NCBI GenBank assembly: GCA_964574655.1
Contig: CAZNOH010000001.1
Location: forward strand, 265,852 to 329,851
Reading direction: 5' to 3'
From: an uncultured Candidatus Saccharibacteria bacterium
GTDB lineage: Bacteria > Patescibacteriota > JABMPQ01 > JAQVVF01
Length of the DNA stretch: 64,000 nucleotides
Shown here: piece by piece, positions 1 through 8,602 of the stretch
Position numbering within the stretch: the stretch's first letter is position 1
How the letters are laid out: every line of letters begins with the position of its first letter
The notes under the pieces: generated by a model
Told to the model about the DNA's origin: nothing
Database searches by the model: none
The model's input: only the letters and a program-made list of their open reading frames with translations
Made by a program: the position numbers and the translations under genes

Positions 1-676
1 AAGTGAGAAGGATATTGTTGAATCTGAAGCCAAGAAAGCTCCTGGTTTAGAATTGGCGAGATCAAAAGAATTAGATGGGCTTGTAAGTCGAGCTGATGAA
101 ATTGCTGATGATTTAAAAAATGATCGAAATATAAAAGCTGAAAAGCTGATTGGACTTGACGATGCTTTGGGAAAATTGAGAGTTAATTTTGGCGTGGAAG
201 GCGAAACTATGACAATTGCTGAATTAAAAAAGGTACCAGATGTTGCAGAGAATGCAAGAATTTATGGAAAAATAGAGCGTGCAGTTGAACAAAATAAAGC
301 TAATGGAATTGATGAAGTTACTTATCTTACTCCTGGCATAGCAAGAAAGTTGGTATCTGTTTTCAAGCCAAATCAGTCCATGTCTTTGAATAGTCTTGAA
401 GTAATGACTGATGAGGTGGCTGAAGTTTTGGGTCGAGCAGAAGGTATAAATATTCGATTGTCAAAATTAAATATTTTAACTGGAGGACAATTGCGAAGTC
501 TTTTAGCAAAAACTAATACGATTAGTTTGCGGGGTTTGGATATTGCGCGAGTTGATAGGGATTTAGTGATAACTATAAACCAATGTGCTGGAAGAATTAT
601 TATGAATGGTAAGCAGATTGATCAATTAAAAGAACTTTTTCCTCAGTTCAAATTTCCTAGAATTATGGGACATTAA
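1..676 (+). CDS. Paralogous-family protein A, 5'-truncated by the window edge; conserved N-terminal domain plus LRR-like C-terminal repeats
   Basis: ORF 53..676 stays open in the same frame back to nt 2 (SEKDIVESEAKKAPGLELAR), matching the N-terminus of the next gene. Shares a ~70-aa N-terminal block (GLELA..ELD.VV..D.LA..LE.D.N...EKL..L..ALG.LKVNFG..GETMTIAELKK) with ORFs at 753, 10975, 19705, 20467 and 21364. Confidence 0.6.
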   Translation, partial: SEKDIVESEAKKAPGLELARSKELDGLVSRADEIADDLKNDRNIKAEKLIGLDDALGKLRVNFGVEGETMTIAELKKVPDVAENARIYGKIERAVEQNKANGIDEVTYLTPGIARKLVSVFKPNQSMSLNSLEVMTDEVAEVLGRAEGINIRLSKLNILTGGQLRSLLAKTNTISLRGLDIARVDRDLVITINQCAGRIIMNGKQIDQLKELFPQFKFPRIMGH

Positions 677-752
677 TTAATAATTTTATATGCAAAAATA
701 TATTTTGGTAATAAATTCAGGTTTAATCTTTTAGATTGTTAAAGAAATTTTT

Positions 753-1400
753 ATGATAGAACATTTCGGCGAAAAAATTAGTCAAGCAGATATTGTTGAA
801 TCTGAAGCCAAGAAAGCTCCTGGTTTAGAATTGGCGAGAACGTCAGAATTAGATGAAGTCGTAAGTCAGGTTGACCAATTAGCTGGTGATTTAGAGAGTG
901 ATCGAAATATTCAAATTGAAAAGTTAATTGGGCTTGATGAAGCTTTGGGAAGATTGAAAGTTAATTTTGGGGCAAAAGGTGAGACGATGACAATTGCGGA
1001 ATTGAAAAAAGTACTAGATATTGAACACAATACTGGGATTTTTCGAGAGATTGAAGATGGTCATTTTGAACGAATTTCTAGGTTGACTTATATTACTCAA
1101 GATATAGCGAGAATATTATGTAAGCGACGAGGATTATTACACTTGGCCAATCTAACGTCAATTTCTGATGAAATTGCAGCGATATTTGGTCAGAAGATTG
1201 GCAACGGTATAGTTTTGTGGAATTTACGAAATGTTTCTGAAGCTCAAATAAGAAGTATGTGTCAAAATGGACGCAGTATTGGTTTGGATAGATTAGAAAA
1301 TTTGACGCCAAATTTGGCAAGATTATTGGATGAATTTGATAGAAATGAGCAGATTGATATGTCTGACAGTCTAAAAGAAAAAGTGGAAAAATTAATTTAA
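753..1400 (+). CDS. Paralogous-family protein B (tandem to A); C-terminal L..L..LT.ISDE.A..L repeats
   Basis: 215-aa ORF. N-terminus is near-identical to the preceding gene; C-terminus has leucine-rich ~24-aa repeats. No signal peptide. Confidence 0.6.
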   Translation: MIEHFGEKISQADIVESEAKKAPGLELARTSELDEVVSQVDQLAGDLESDRNIQIEKLIGLDEALGRLKVNFGAKGETMTIAELKKVLDIEHNTGIFREIEDGHFERISRLTYITQDIARILCKRRGLLHLANLTSISDEIAAIFGQKIGNGIVLWNLRNVSEAQIRSMCQNGRSIGLDRLENLTPNLARLLDEFDRNEQIDMSDSLKEKVEKLI

Positions 1401-1404
1401 TCTT

Positions 1405-2526
1405 ATGAAATATATATTAGTCATAAATTCAGGTTCAACTTCTTTGAAATACAAGCTATTCTCTAATTTGCACGAATTAAGCACAAATAGCACAAATAAT
1501 TTGAAGACGATTAAATCTGGATATATCGAACACATTGGTGAGAATAAAGTAAAAAATCATGAGCAAGCTCTAGGAATTGTTTTGGAAGAAATAAAAGACT
1601 ATAAAGATAATATAATAAAAATTGGACATCGAGTTGTTCATGGCGGAACGAAGTTTATTGAGCCAACTAAAATTGATGATAATGTTTTGAAAGATTTGGA
1701 AGAAGTGAGTAAATTGGCGCCATTACATAATCCTGCAAATTTAATGGGAATTAAGGCAGCGATGAAATTATTGCCAAATGTTTTAAATATTGCTGTTTTT
1801 GATACGGCGTTTCATCAAAGTATTCCAGAAAAGGCGTGGAGGTATGGGATTAGTGATAAATATTTGAAGGACTATGGGATTAGAAGATATGGGTTTCATG
1901 GAATTTCACACGAATATGTTATGACGAGAATACAGAATTTAGAATTGAGAATAGAGAAGAACGAAACAAAAGTCCTCAATTCTCAATTCTCTATTCACAA
2001 TTCTCGTAAAATTATTTCTTGTCATTTGGGTGGCGGATGTTCGATTTGTGCAATTGAAAATGGAAAAAGCGTTGATACTTCAATGGGATTTACTCCGCTT
2101 GAAGGACTAGTGATGATGAGCAGATGCGGTGATATTGATCCGGCAATTGTGACATATTTAATGAAAAAAGAAAATTTAAGCGTTGATCAAATTGAAGAGA
2201 TTCTGAATTTTAAATCTGGAATTTTGGCATTGTGTGGTGAGACAGATTGGCTGAAAGTTTTAGAAAAAGTTAAAGCTAATGATAAATTGGCAAAAATGGC
2301 TTTTGATATTTTTGTTTATAGAATAAAAAAATATATTGGCTCTTACTATGCTATTTTGGGCGGACTTGATGTTTTAGTTTTTACTGGATCAATTGGGTCA
2401 GGCGATTCTTTGACTCGTGAAGCTGTTTGCAATGGTTTGTCATTTTTGAATAATGTTGAAGTAAAAGCAATTAAAACTGATGAAGAATTGATGATTGCGA
2501 AGAAAATTCTAAGCACAAAATTCTAA
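1405..2526 (+). CDS. ackA: Acetate/propionate kinase family (acetate kinase)
   Basis: N-terminal ILVINSGSTSLKYKLF, GHRVVHGG, LHNPANL, FDTAFHQSIP and GFHGISHEY motifs typical of AckA; contains a low-complexity insertion. Confidence 0.8.
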   Translation: MKYILVINSGSTSLKYKLFSNLHELSTNSTNNLKTIKSGYIEHIGENKVKNHEQALGIVLEEIKDYKDNIIKIGHRVVHGGTKFIEPTKIDDNVLKDLEEVSKLAPLHNPANLMGIKAAMKLLPNVLNIAVFDTAFHQSIPEKAWRYGISDKYLKDYGIRRYGFHGISHEYVMTRIQNLELRIEKNETKVLNSQFSIHNSRKIISCHLGGGCSICAIENGKSVDTSMGFTPLEGLVMMSRCGDIDPAIVTYLMKKENLSVDQIEEILNFKSGILALCGETDWLKVLEKVKANDKLAKMAFDIFVYRIKKYIGSYYAILGGLDVLVFTGSIGSGDSLTREAVCNGLSFLNNVEVKAIKTDEELMIAKKILSTKF

Positions 2527-2655
2527 ATTCTAAACAAATTCAAAGAACAAAAATATAAATTTTCAAAACTAGACGTTGTCGTTTTTGAGTTTGGAAATTT
2601 GAATTTTGGGTTTGTTTAGGATTTAGAGTTTAGGATTTATAATTTTATTAATTAT

Positions 2656-4374
2656 ATGGATAAACTTTGGCAGGTAAAAGAAAAAGTTAGTGAAGATTTT
2701 ATTAATAAATTTCCAGAATTCGATTCTATAGTTTTGCAATTGTTATATAATCGTGGAATTAGTAATCAAGAAAAAATTGATGAATTTTTTAATCCAGATT
2801 ATTCTCAAGATTTATACGATCCTTTTTTACTGAAAGATATGGATCGGGCAGTTGATAGAATTTTGCAGGCATTAAAAAATAAAGAGCGAGTGGGAATTTT
2901 TGGCGATTATGATGCAGACGGAGTGACTTCGTCTGTTTTGCTGACGGAATTGTTCAAGAAAATTGGTTTAGCTGGACAGGTTTATATTCCTGATCGAGTT
3001 TCAGAAGGCTATGGTATGAATAAAAAAGCAATTGATTGGCTGGCAAAAAAAGATATTAAATTAATTGTAAGTTGTGATTGTGGTGTTTCAAATAGAGAAG
3101 AGATTGATTATGCAAAAGAAAAATATGGGATTGATTGTGTGATTACCGATCATCATAATGTACCGTACGATTATGATGAAAAATATATTGTTGTTGACTC
3201 GAAAAGAAATGGCGATAAATATCCGTATAAAGAATTGGCGGGAGTGGGAATTACATTTAAGTTGGCACAGGCTATTTTTTCTCGAATAAAATCTCGAATA
3301 TCTTCGAATGCGATCTCTAATGATTTTGAAAAGAGTTTGCTTGATCTTGTGACGATTGGAACGATTGCAGATTGTTCGCCAATTATTTCTGAAAATAGGA
3401 CGTTAGTTAAATATGGATTAAAAATAATAAAAGAGACGAAAAGAATTGGTTTGCAAAGTTTAATGCAAATTGCCAGAGTTGATGCTAAAACTGTTGATAG
3501 TGATAGAGTTGGTTTTGCAATTGCACCAAGAATTAATTCAGCTGGTAGAATGGATCGAGCTTCAGCTTCGTATATGTTGTTAATTACTGATGATTTAGAC
3601 AAGGCGGTTTGGCTTTCTAAAAAAATTGATAAAACGAATTCAAGTCGTCAAGCTTTGACAAGCAAATTAGTTGATGAGGCAAAAAAGAAAATTGGTGATG
3701 TCAAAAATCAAAAAGTATTGATGGCATCTGGTTGGAAATGGCCATTAGGTGTTGTTGGAATTGTTGCTGGCAAAATTTGCGAGGAATATAATCGGCCAAC
3801 TTTGATTTGTGGCAAAGGTTTGATTGAATCTGTTGGTTCAGCTAGAAGCATTCCAGCTTTTGATATTATTTCTGCAATTTCGTCTTGCAAAGATTTGCTA
3901 TTAGAATATGGTGGGCATAAACAAGCAGCTGGATTTTCTTTAAAAAATGAAAACTTTGAAAAGTTTCATCATAAACTAGAAAAATTGGCGGATGATATAT
4001 TGACTGAAAAAGATTTACAGCCAGTGATTGAAATAGATAGTGAAGTTGATTTTAAAGATGTAAATTGGAATCTGTACGAAAAACTATTAGATTTTGAACC
4101 GCATGGAATTGGAAATCAAAAACCAGTTTTTTTGGCAAAAGATATTCAAGTTGTAAATGCTTACAATGTTGGTAAAACAAAAAAACATTTGAAAATGAAA
4201 ATTAAATTTGATTCTGATAGTCGAATTTTTGATGTAATTGGTTTTAATCACGGGCATCGTTTAGAAGAATTAAGCAGTGATAAGCGGATGGATATTGTTT
4301 TTCAGCTTGATTGCAATGAGTGGAATGGAGAACATATCTTACAACTTAGATTGATTGATTTTCGGATTGATTAA
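2656..4374 (+). CDS. recJ: Single-stranded-DNA-specific exonuclease RecJ
   Basis: DHH-family motifs (GDYDADGVTSS, ITDHHN) plus DHHA1-like region; length 572 aa. Confidence 0.85.
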   Translation: MDKLWQVKEKVSEDFINKFPEFDSIVLQLLYNRGISNQEKIDEFFNPDYSQDLYDPFLLKDMDRAVDRILQALKNKERVGIFGDYDADGVTSSVLLTELFKKIGLAGQVYIPDRVSEGYGMNKKAIDWLAKKDIKLIVSCDCGVSNREEIDYAKEKYGIDCVITDHHNVPYDYDEKYIVVDSKRNGDKYPYKELAGVGITFKLAQAIFSRIKSRISSNAISNDFEKSLLDLVTIGTIADCSPIISENRTLVKYGLKIIKETKRIGLQSLMQIARVDAKTVDSDRVGFAIAPRINSAGRMDRASASYMLLITDDLDKAVWLSKKIDKTNSSRQALTSKLVDEAKKKIGDVKNQKVLMASGWKWPLGVVGIVAGKICEEYNRPTLICGKGLIESVGSARSIPAFDIISAISSCKDLLLEYGGHKQAAGFSLKNENFEKFHHKLEKLADDILTEKDLQPVIEIDSEVDFKDVNWNLYEKLLDFEPHGIGNQKPVFLAKDIQVVNAYNVGKTKKHLKMKIKFDSDSRIFDVIGFNHGHRLEELSSDKRMDIVFQLDCNEWNGEHILQLRLIDFRID

Positions 4375-4431
4375 GTTGCTAAATTGTTCTATTGTTAAAT
4401 TGTTAAGAAATATTTTAAAAATAAAATAAAA

Positions 4432-5694
4432 ATGAGAAAAAAAATATGGTTTTTGTTTGTTGTAGTTCTTTTTGTGTTTTGTTTCGGTAAAATTAGTTTG
4501 ACGAACGCGGCGACGGGCGCGTGGGTAGATAAGACAGGAAATTTATCAGGATCTAGTATTTTTTCTATAATTCAAGCGACAGATGGCTCAATTTATGCGG
4601 GAGGATATGATTTTTCTTCTAGTTCAGCAAAAGTCTGGAGATATTCAGCAGGCGCATGGATAGATATTACGGGAACTTCATTAGAAACTCGGATTAGTTC
4701 TTTAATTCAAGCGGCAGATGGCTCGATTTATGCGGGAGGATTTCGTTGTATTGATTCGGTGGTTTGCAGCAGTACTTCTGCCAAAGTTTGGAATTATTCA
4801 GGAGGCGTATGGACAGATGTTACAGGAGCTTTGTCAGGATCTTCGATTAGTTCTTTAATTCAAGCGGCGGACGGCACTCTTTATGCAGGAGGAAAGAGCA
4901 ATGATTATCCTTGGGCGAGAGTCTGGAAATATTCAGCAGGCGCATGGCAAGATATTACGGGAACTATTTTAGGATCTAGTATTTTTACTTTAGCGCAAGG
5001 GGCTGATGGTTCAATTTATGCGGGAGGAGACGGCACTTCTGCTGGTCCAGCTAAGGTTTGGAAATATTCAGCAGGCGCATGGATGGATATCACAGGAGCT
5101 TTATATGGCGGAGCTGTTTCTTCTTTGGTCAGAGCTTTTGATGGTTCTATTTATGCTGGAGGAACTAGCGGTGATAATGCTATCGTTTGGAAATATACTT
5201 TTGATGTTTTAGAACAACAAGAATATAATCTTGAAAAAGGAGAGCGAGTTGTTTTGATGCAGGGATTAGATAATCAATCTATTTCTGGTCAAGATTTAGC
5301 AATTAATTTTACGAAACTTCCAACAAAATTAATCAAGAATAATAAATATTGGATGAAATGGAATAAACTAAGCAAATATCCAAATAAAACATTTTTGAAA
5401 AATTGGAAATTAACAACTAATCTTTATAAATATAAAGTTAAAAAATCATCACAGAAATTTAAAATTAAAGTTTCGTTTAATTATACCAAGAAAAATTTAA
5501 AGAAATTTTTAAAGAAAAATAAATCAGCGACAAAATCAAATTTAATTATGAAATACAAACAAGGCACTTCTTGGAAAGATATTACTTCAGTCTTTACTGA
5601 TGCCAAAGTTATAAAAAAGAATAAGAAATTCATTGTTAAATATTTCACTAATTTTCCGGTCAAGACTCAATATTTTGCGATTGGGGTTAAATAA
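4432..5694 (+). CDS. Secreted repeat protein (six ~45-aa DGSIYAGG...AKVW.YSAGAW.DITG repeats) with Lys-rich C-terminal domain
   Basis: N-terminal signal peptide (MRKKIWFLFVVVLFVFCFG...TNA), internal tandem repeats, and a ~110-aa K-rich tail ending KYFTNFPVKTQYFAIGVK that is shared with ORF 49598..51226. Confidence 0.5.
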   Translation: MRKKIWFLFVVVLFVFCFGKISLTNAATGAWVDKTGNLSGSSIFSIIQATDGSIYAGGYDFSSSSAKVWRYSAGAWIDITGTSLETRISSLIQAADGSIYAGGFRCIDSVVCSSTSAKVWNYSGGVWTDVTGALSGSSISSLIQAADGTLYAGGKSNDYPWARVWKYSAGAWQDITGTILGSSIFTLAQGADGSIYAGGDGTSAGPAKVWKYSAGAWMDITGALYGGAVSSLVRAFDGSIYAGGTSGDNAIVWKYTFDVLEQQEYNLEKGERVVLMQGLDNQSISGQDLAINFTKLPTKLIKNNKYWMKWNKLSKYPNKTFLKNWKLTTNLYKYKVKKSSQKFKIKVSFNYTKKNLKKFLKKNKSATKSNLIMKYKQGTSWKDITSVFTDAKVIKKNKKFIVKYFTNFPVKTQYFAIGVK

Positions 5695-5745
5695 CTTCTC
5701 TAATAAAATCTCTAATTGATTTCTCTAATACCATCTCTAATTTAC

Positions 5746-5782
5746 AAAGCCGTAATTATTATTTACGGCTTTTTTTATTTTT
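5746..5782 (+). terminator. Rho-independent terminator (agccgtaa/ttacggct stem plus T-run)
   Basis: Hairpin followed by TTTTTTTATTTTTT directly after the ORF stop. Confidence 0.6.
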
Positions 5783-5817
5783 TGGTATAATTAAATATCA
5801 ATAACTAATAAAATAAA

Positions 5818-6258
5818 ATGTCAACAACAGATTATATAGACAGTAAAAAAACAAAAGAATTAGATATTTATACTGATGGAGGATCAAGAGGTAATCCTGG
5901 GCCAGCAGGAATTGGGGTTGTTATTTATAATTCTGATGGTTTAGCAGTTGAAAAAGTTTCTGAATTTATTGGTGAGGCAACAAATAATCAGGCTGAATAT
6001 AATGCGTTGATTGTTGGTTTGCAGGAAGCGCAAAATTATAAAGCAAAATCTGTTCATTGTTATTTGGATAGCGAGTTAGTAGTAAAACAATTGAAAGGAC
6101 AATATAAAGTCAAAAATAAAAACATGAAGCCTTTGTTTTCGGTTGTTCAAGGATTAATCAAAGATTTTGAAAGCGTGAAATTTACGCACATACTGCGTGA
6201 AAAAAATAAGGAAGCCGATAGATTGGTTAATGAAGCTCTTGATAAGGCGGAGAGTTAA
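5818..6258 (+). CDS. rnhA: Ribonuclease HI
   Basis: IYTDGGSRGNPGPAGIGVVI and EATNNQAEYNALIVGL motifs with the catalytic DEDD arrangement. Confidence 0.85.
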   Translation: MSTTDYIDSKKTKELDIYTDGGSRGNPGPAGIGVVIYNSDGLAVEKVSEFIGEATNNQAEYNALIVGLQEAQNYKAKSVHCYLDSELVVKQLKGQYKVKNKNMKPLFSVVQGLIKDFESVKFTHILREKNKEADRLVNEALDKAES

Positions 6259-6382
6259 AAGTTATAAAGTTCATAAAGTTATAAAGTTCGTAAAGTTGAG
6301 CGATTGATTTGGAAATTGCTAAATAGTTTTATTATTTTCTTGTTTTGTTGTTTTATGGCTTAATCAAGCCTATAAAATTGTA

Positions 6383-6411
6383 TTGACAAAATTGTGTTTA
6401 TTTGATATCAT
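6383..6411 (+). promoter_or_regulatory. Sigma70-like promoter for RNase P RNA (TTGACA, 17-nt spacer, TATCAT)
   Basis: TTGACA at 6383-6388 and TATCAT at 6406-6411, about 6 nt upstream of the P1 helix start. Confidence 0.4.
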
Positions 6412-6416
6412 AATTT

Positions 6417-6930
6417 GACTCAAGTAAGTTGAGTGATTGCTTCTCGCTATGTAAAAGTGGTGAGGAGAGGAAAGTCCGGGCATCAATTCGGAAGTCAGAT
6501 ATCGGATGTCGGAGGTCGGATCGTTCCGATTTCCGAAGCTCCGATTTCCGACTTCCGAATTAAGTGGTAGTTCCGAAATGGAACCAAGGATAAAAAGTAA
6601 TCTGTTCTTCTTAAGAGAACTGATTATTTTGAACCTAGGACAAGTACCACAGAGACATATACCGCCTAGCGCATTTATGTGCTAGGTAAGGGTGAAAAGA
6701 GTGGTTTAAGAGACCACAGATTGTTATGGTGACATAACAATAGGGCAAACTCTACCTGATGCAACCCAATATAAAACTGGGGCTTGAGCTGGCAAGCGAT
6801 TGCCAGCCTAGAGAGATAATCACTGAATCGCGAATTTACACAAATTTTTCACAAATGGTATTCGTGATATTTGTGCTATATTTGTGCAAATTCGCGATTC
6901 TACAGAACCTGGCTTATAGACTTACTTGAG
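6417..6930 (+). ncRNA. rnpB: RNase P RNA (bacterial type-A-like) with two large hairpin insertions
   Basis: GGAAAGTCCGGGC (P4 5' strand, 6468-6480), GGGTGAAAAGAGTGGTTTAAGAGACCACAG (P10-P12 consensus), ACAGAACCTGGCTTA (P4 3' strand) and P1 pairing of CTCAAGTAAGT (6420-6430) with ACTTACTTGAG (6920-6930). No ORF; locally GC-rich. Confidence 0.7.
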
Positions 6931-7071
6931 TTTTTTAATCGCGAATGTACACAAATTCACCACAAATATCACAAATGTTTTCAACAAGGGCTTGTTGATT
7001 TTTTTTATGTTTAAGGTTAGAATATTAATAGTTTACAGTTAATTATTTTCTAATAACTATCTTTTGTTAAC

Positions 7072-8457
7072 ATGAAACGATCCGAGTTATTTTTTACAGC
7101 TGTATTAGTTCCATTGGATTTTATAATGCTTGTTTTGGCAGCAATTTCTGCCTATTTTTTGAGGTTTACTACTTATTTTGTTGATATTAGAGAAGTAAAA
7201 TTTGATTTGCCTTTTTCGCATTATATTGTTTTTGTTGCTGTTATTGCTTTAACTTGGTTATTGATTTTTTCTTTTTTGGGACTCTATGATGTAAAAAAGA
7301 AAAGAAGATTTGTTGATGATCTCTATCTAGTGTTTGTTGCAGTCTCAACTGGCATGGCGGCAATATTTGCATATTTGTTTTTTTCTCAAGAATTATTTGG
7401 TTCGCGTTTTATTGTTCTAGTGGTTTGGTTTTTCAGCATTGTTTATGTTGTTACTGCTCGTCAATTTGTGAAGATTTTCAAAAAATGGCTTTATCGTTTC
7501 AATATTGGCGTTCATCGAGTTGTTTTAGTTGGCCTTAATCCAATCAGTCAAAGCATTGTTAAATATTTAACAGAAAAAAAATATTCTGGCTACAAAGTTG
7601 TTGCAAGAATTAAAAGTTTCGATGAGACAGTTGAAGGAACATTGGAGAGAATATCACAACGAAAAGGCATAGATGAAATTATTCAGATTGATCCAAAATT
7701 GTCGAAAGGTCAGGTTTTATCTTTGATTGATTTTGCTGATGAAAGAAAGATTGATTTTAAATATGCTCCGGATCTTTTTGGGACTCAGGCAACAAACATT
7801 GATGTAGAAACTTTTTATGGCGTGCCGATTGTTTGTTTAAAAAGAACACCATTGGATGGATGGGGCAGAATAATTAAAAGAATCGTTGATGTAATTATTG
7901 CTGTTATTCTATTGTTGATTTTGTCACCAATTTTTTTGATAGTTTCTATAATTGTAAAAATTGATTCAAGAGGTCCTGTGTTTGTGAGACTGAAACGTGT
8001 TAAAAAAGATGGAGAATTCTATATTTTTAAATTTAGATCAATGGTTAAGAATGCTCATAAAATGAAAGAAGAGCTATTGAAATACAGCGAGAGAAAGGGT
8101 CCGTTATTCAAGATGAAAGATGATCCAAGAGTTACAAGAATTGGCGGGTTTTTGAGAAAAACAAGAATTGATGAATTGCCACAGTTAATGAATGTTGTTC
8201 GCAACGAGATGAGCTTGATCGGTCCAAGACCGCATGAACCGCAAGAAGTAGAAAAATATACAAAACATCAAAGACGAGTTTTAGAAATTAAGCCTGGAAT
8301 GACAGGAATGGCGCAAGTTTCTGGAGCTTCAGATCTTAGTTTCAATGAAGAAGTCAGATTGGATACTTATTATATTGAGAGTTGGTCTTTGTTGTTAGAT
8401 TTACAGATTTTCTTGAAGACAATACTTATTGTTCTAACAATGAGAGGAGCAGCGTAA
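7072..8457 (+). CDS. Polyprenyl-phosphate sugar phosphotransferase (WbaP/WcaJ-like bacterial sugar transferase)
   Basis: N-terminal TM helices; C-terminal sugar-transferase domain (RIIKRIVDVIIAVILL...SPIFLIVSIIVKIDSRGPVFV, ELPQLMNVVRNEMSLIGPRP). Confidence 0.85.
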   Translation: MKRSELFFTAVLVPLDFIMLVLAAISAYFLRFTTYFVDIREVKFDLPFSHYIVFVAVIALTWLLIFSFLGLYDVKKKRRFVDDLYLVFVAVSTGMAAIFAYLFFSQELFGSRFIVLVVWFFSIVYVVTARQFVKIFKKWLYRFNIGVHRVVLVGLNPISQSIVKYLTEKKYSGYKVVARIKSFDETVEGTLERISQRKGIDEIIQIDPKLSKGQVLSLIDFADERKIDFKYAPDLFGTQATNIDVETFYGVPIVCLKRTPLDGWGRIIKRIVDVIIAVILLLILSPIFLIVSIIVKIDSRGPVFVRLKRVKKDGEFYIFKFRSMVKNAHKMKEELLKYSERKGPLFKMKDDPRVTRIGGFLRKTRIDELPQLMNVVRNEMSLIGPRPHEPQEVEKYTKHQRRVLEIKPGMTGMAQVSGASDLSFNEEVRLDTYYIESWSLLLDLQIFLKTILIVLTMRGAA

Positions 8458-8458
8458 C

Positions 8459-8585
8459 GAATTTCTAATTTCTAATTTTAAATTTCTATTAAATTTTAAA
8501 TGAATAAATTTTTAAACTCTTGACGAAACTATTGTTAAGGTTTGAAAATTAAGTAATTAGAAATTTAATAGAAATTAGAAATTGA
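8459..8585. repeat. MITE-like palindromic element, family 1 (TIR AATTTCTAATTTCTAATTT / AATTTAATAGAAATTAGAAATT)
   Basis: ~125-bp intergenic element with terminal inverted repeats; a second copy lies at 25257..25395 with a near-identical TIR and core (TTTTTAAACTCT). Confidence 0.55.
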
Positions 8586-8602
8586 TAATTAAAAATTTTA
8601 AT

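Noticed and set aside
3171-3602. Minus-strand ORFs overlapping recJ (3171..3602, 3708..3890) and many similar antisense ORFs (e.g. 1093..1320, 10381..10831, 12428..13204, 14237..14509, 15140..15355, 17037..17385, 26314..26610, 27927..28334)
   Set aside because: They lie entirely inside well-supported sense-strand genes and have low-complexity, Phe/Leu/Ser-rich translations typical of antisense reading of AT-rich coding DNA, with no motifs.
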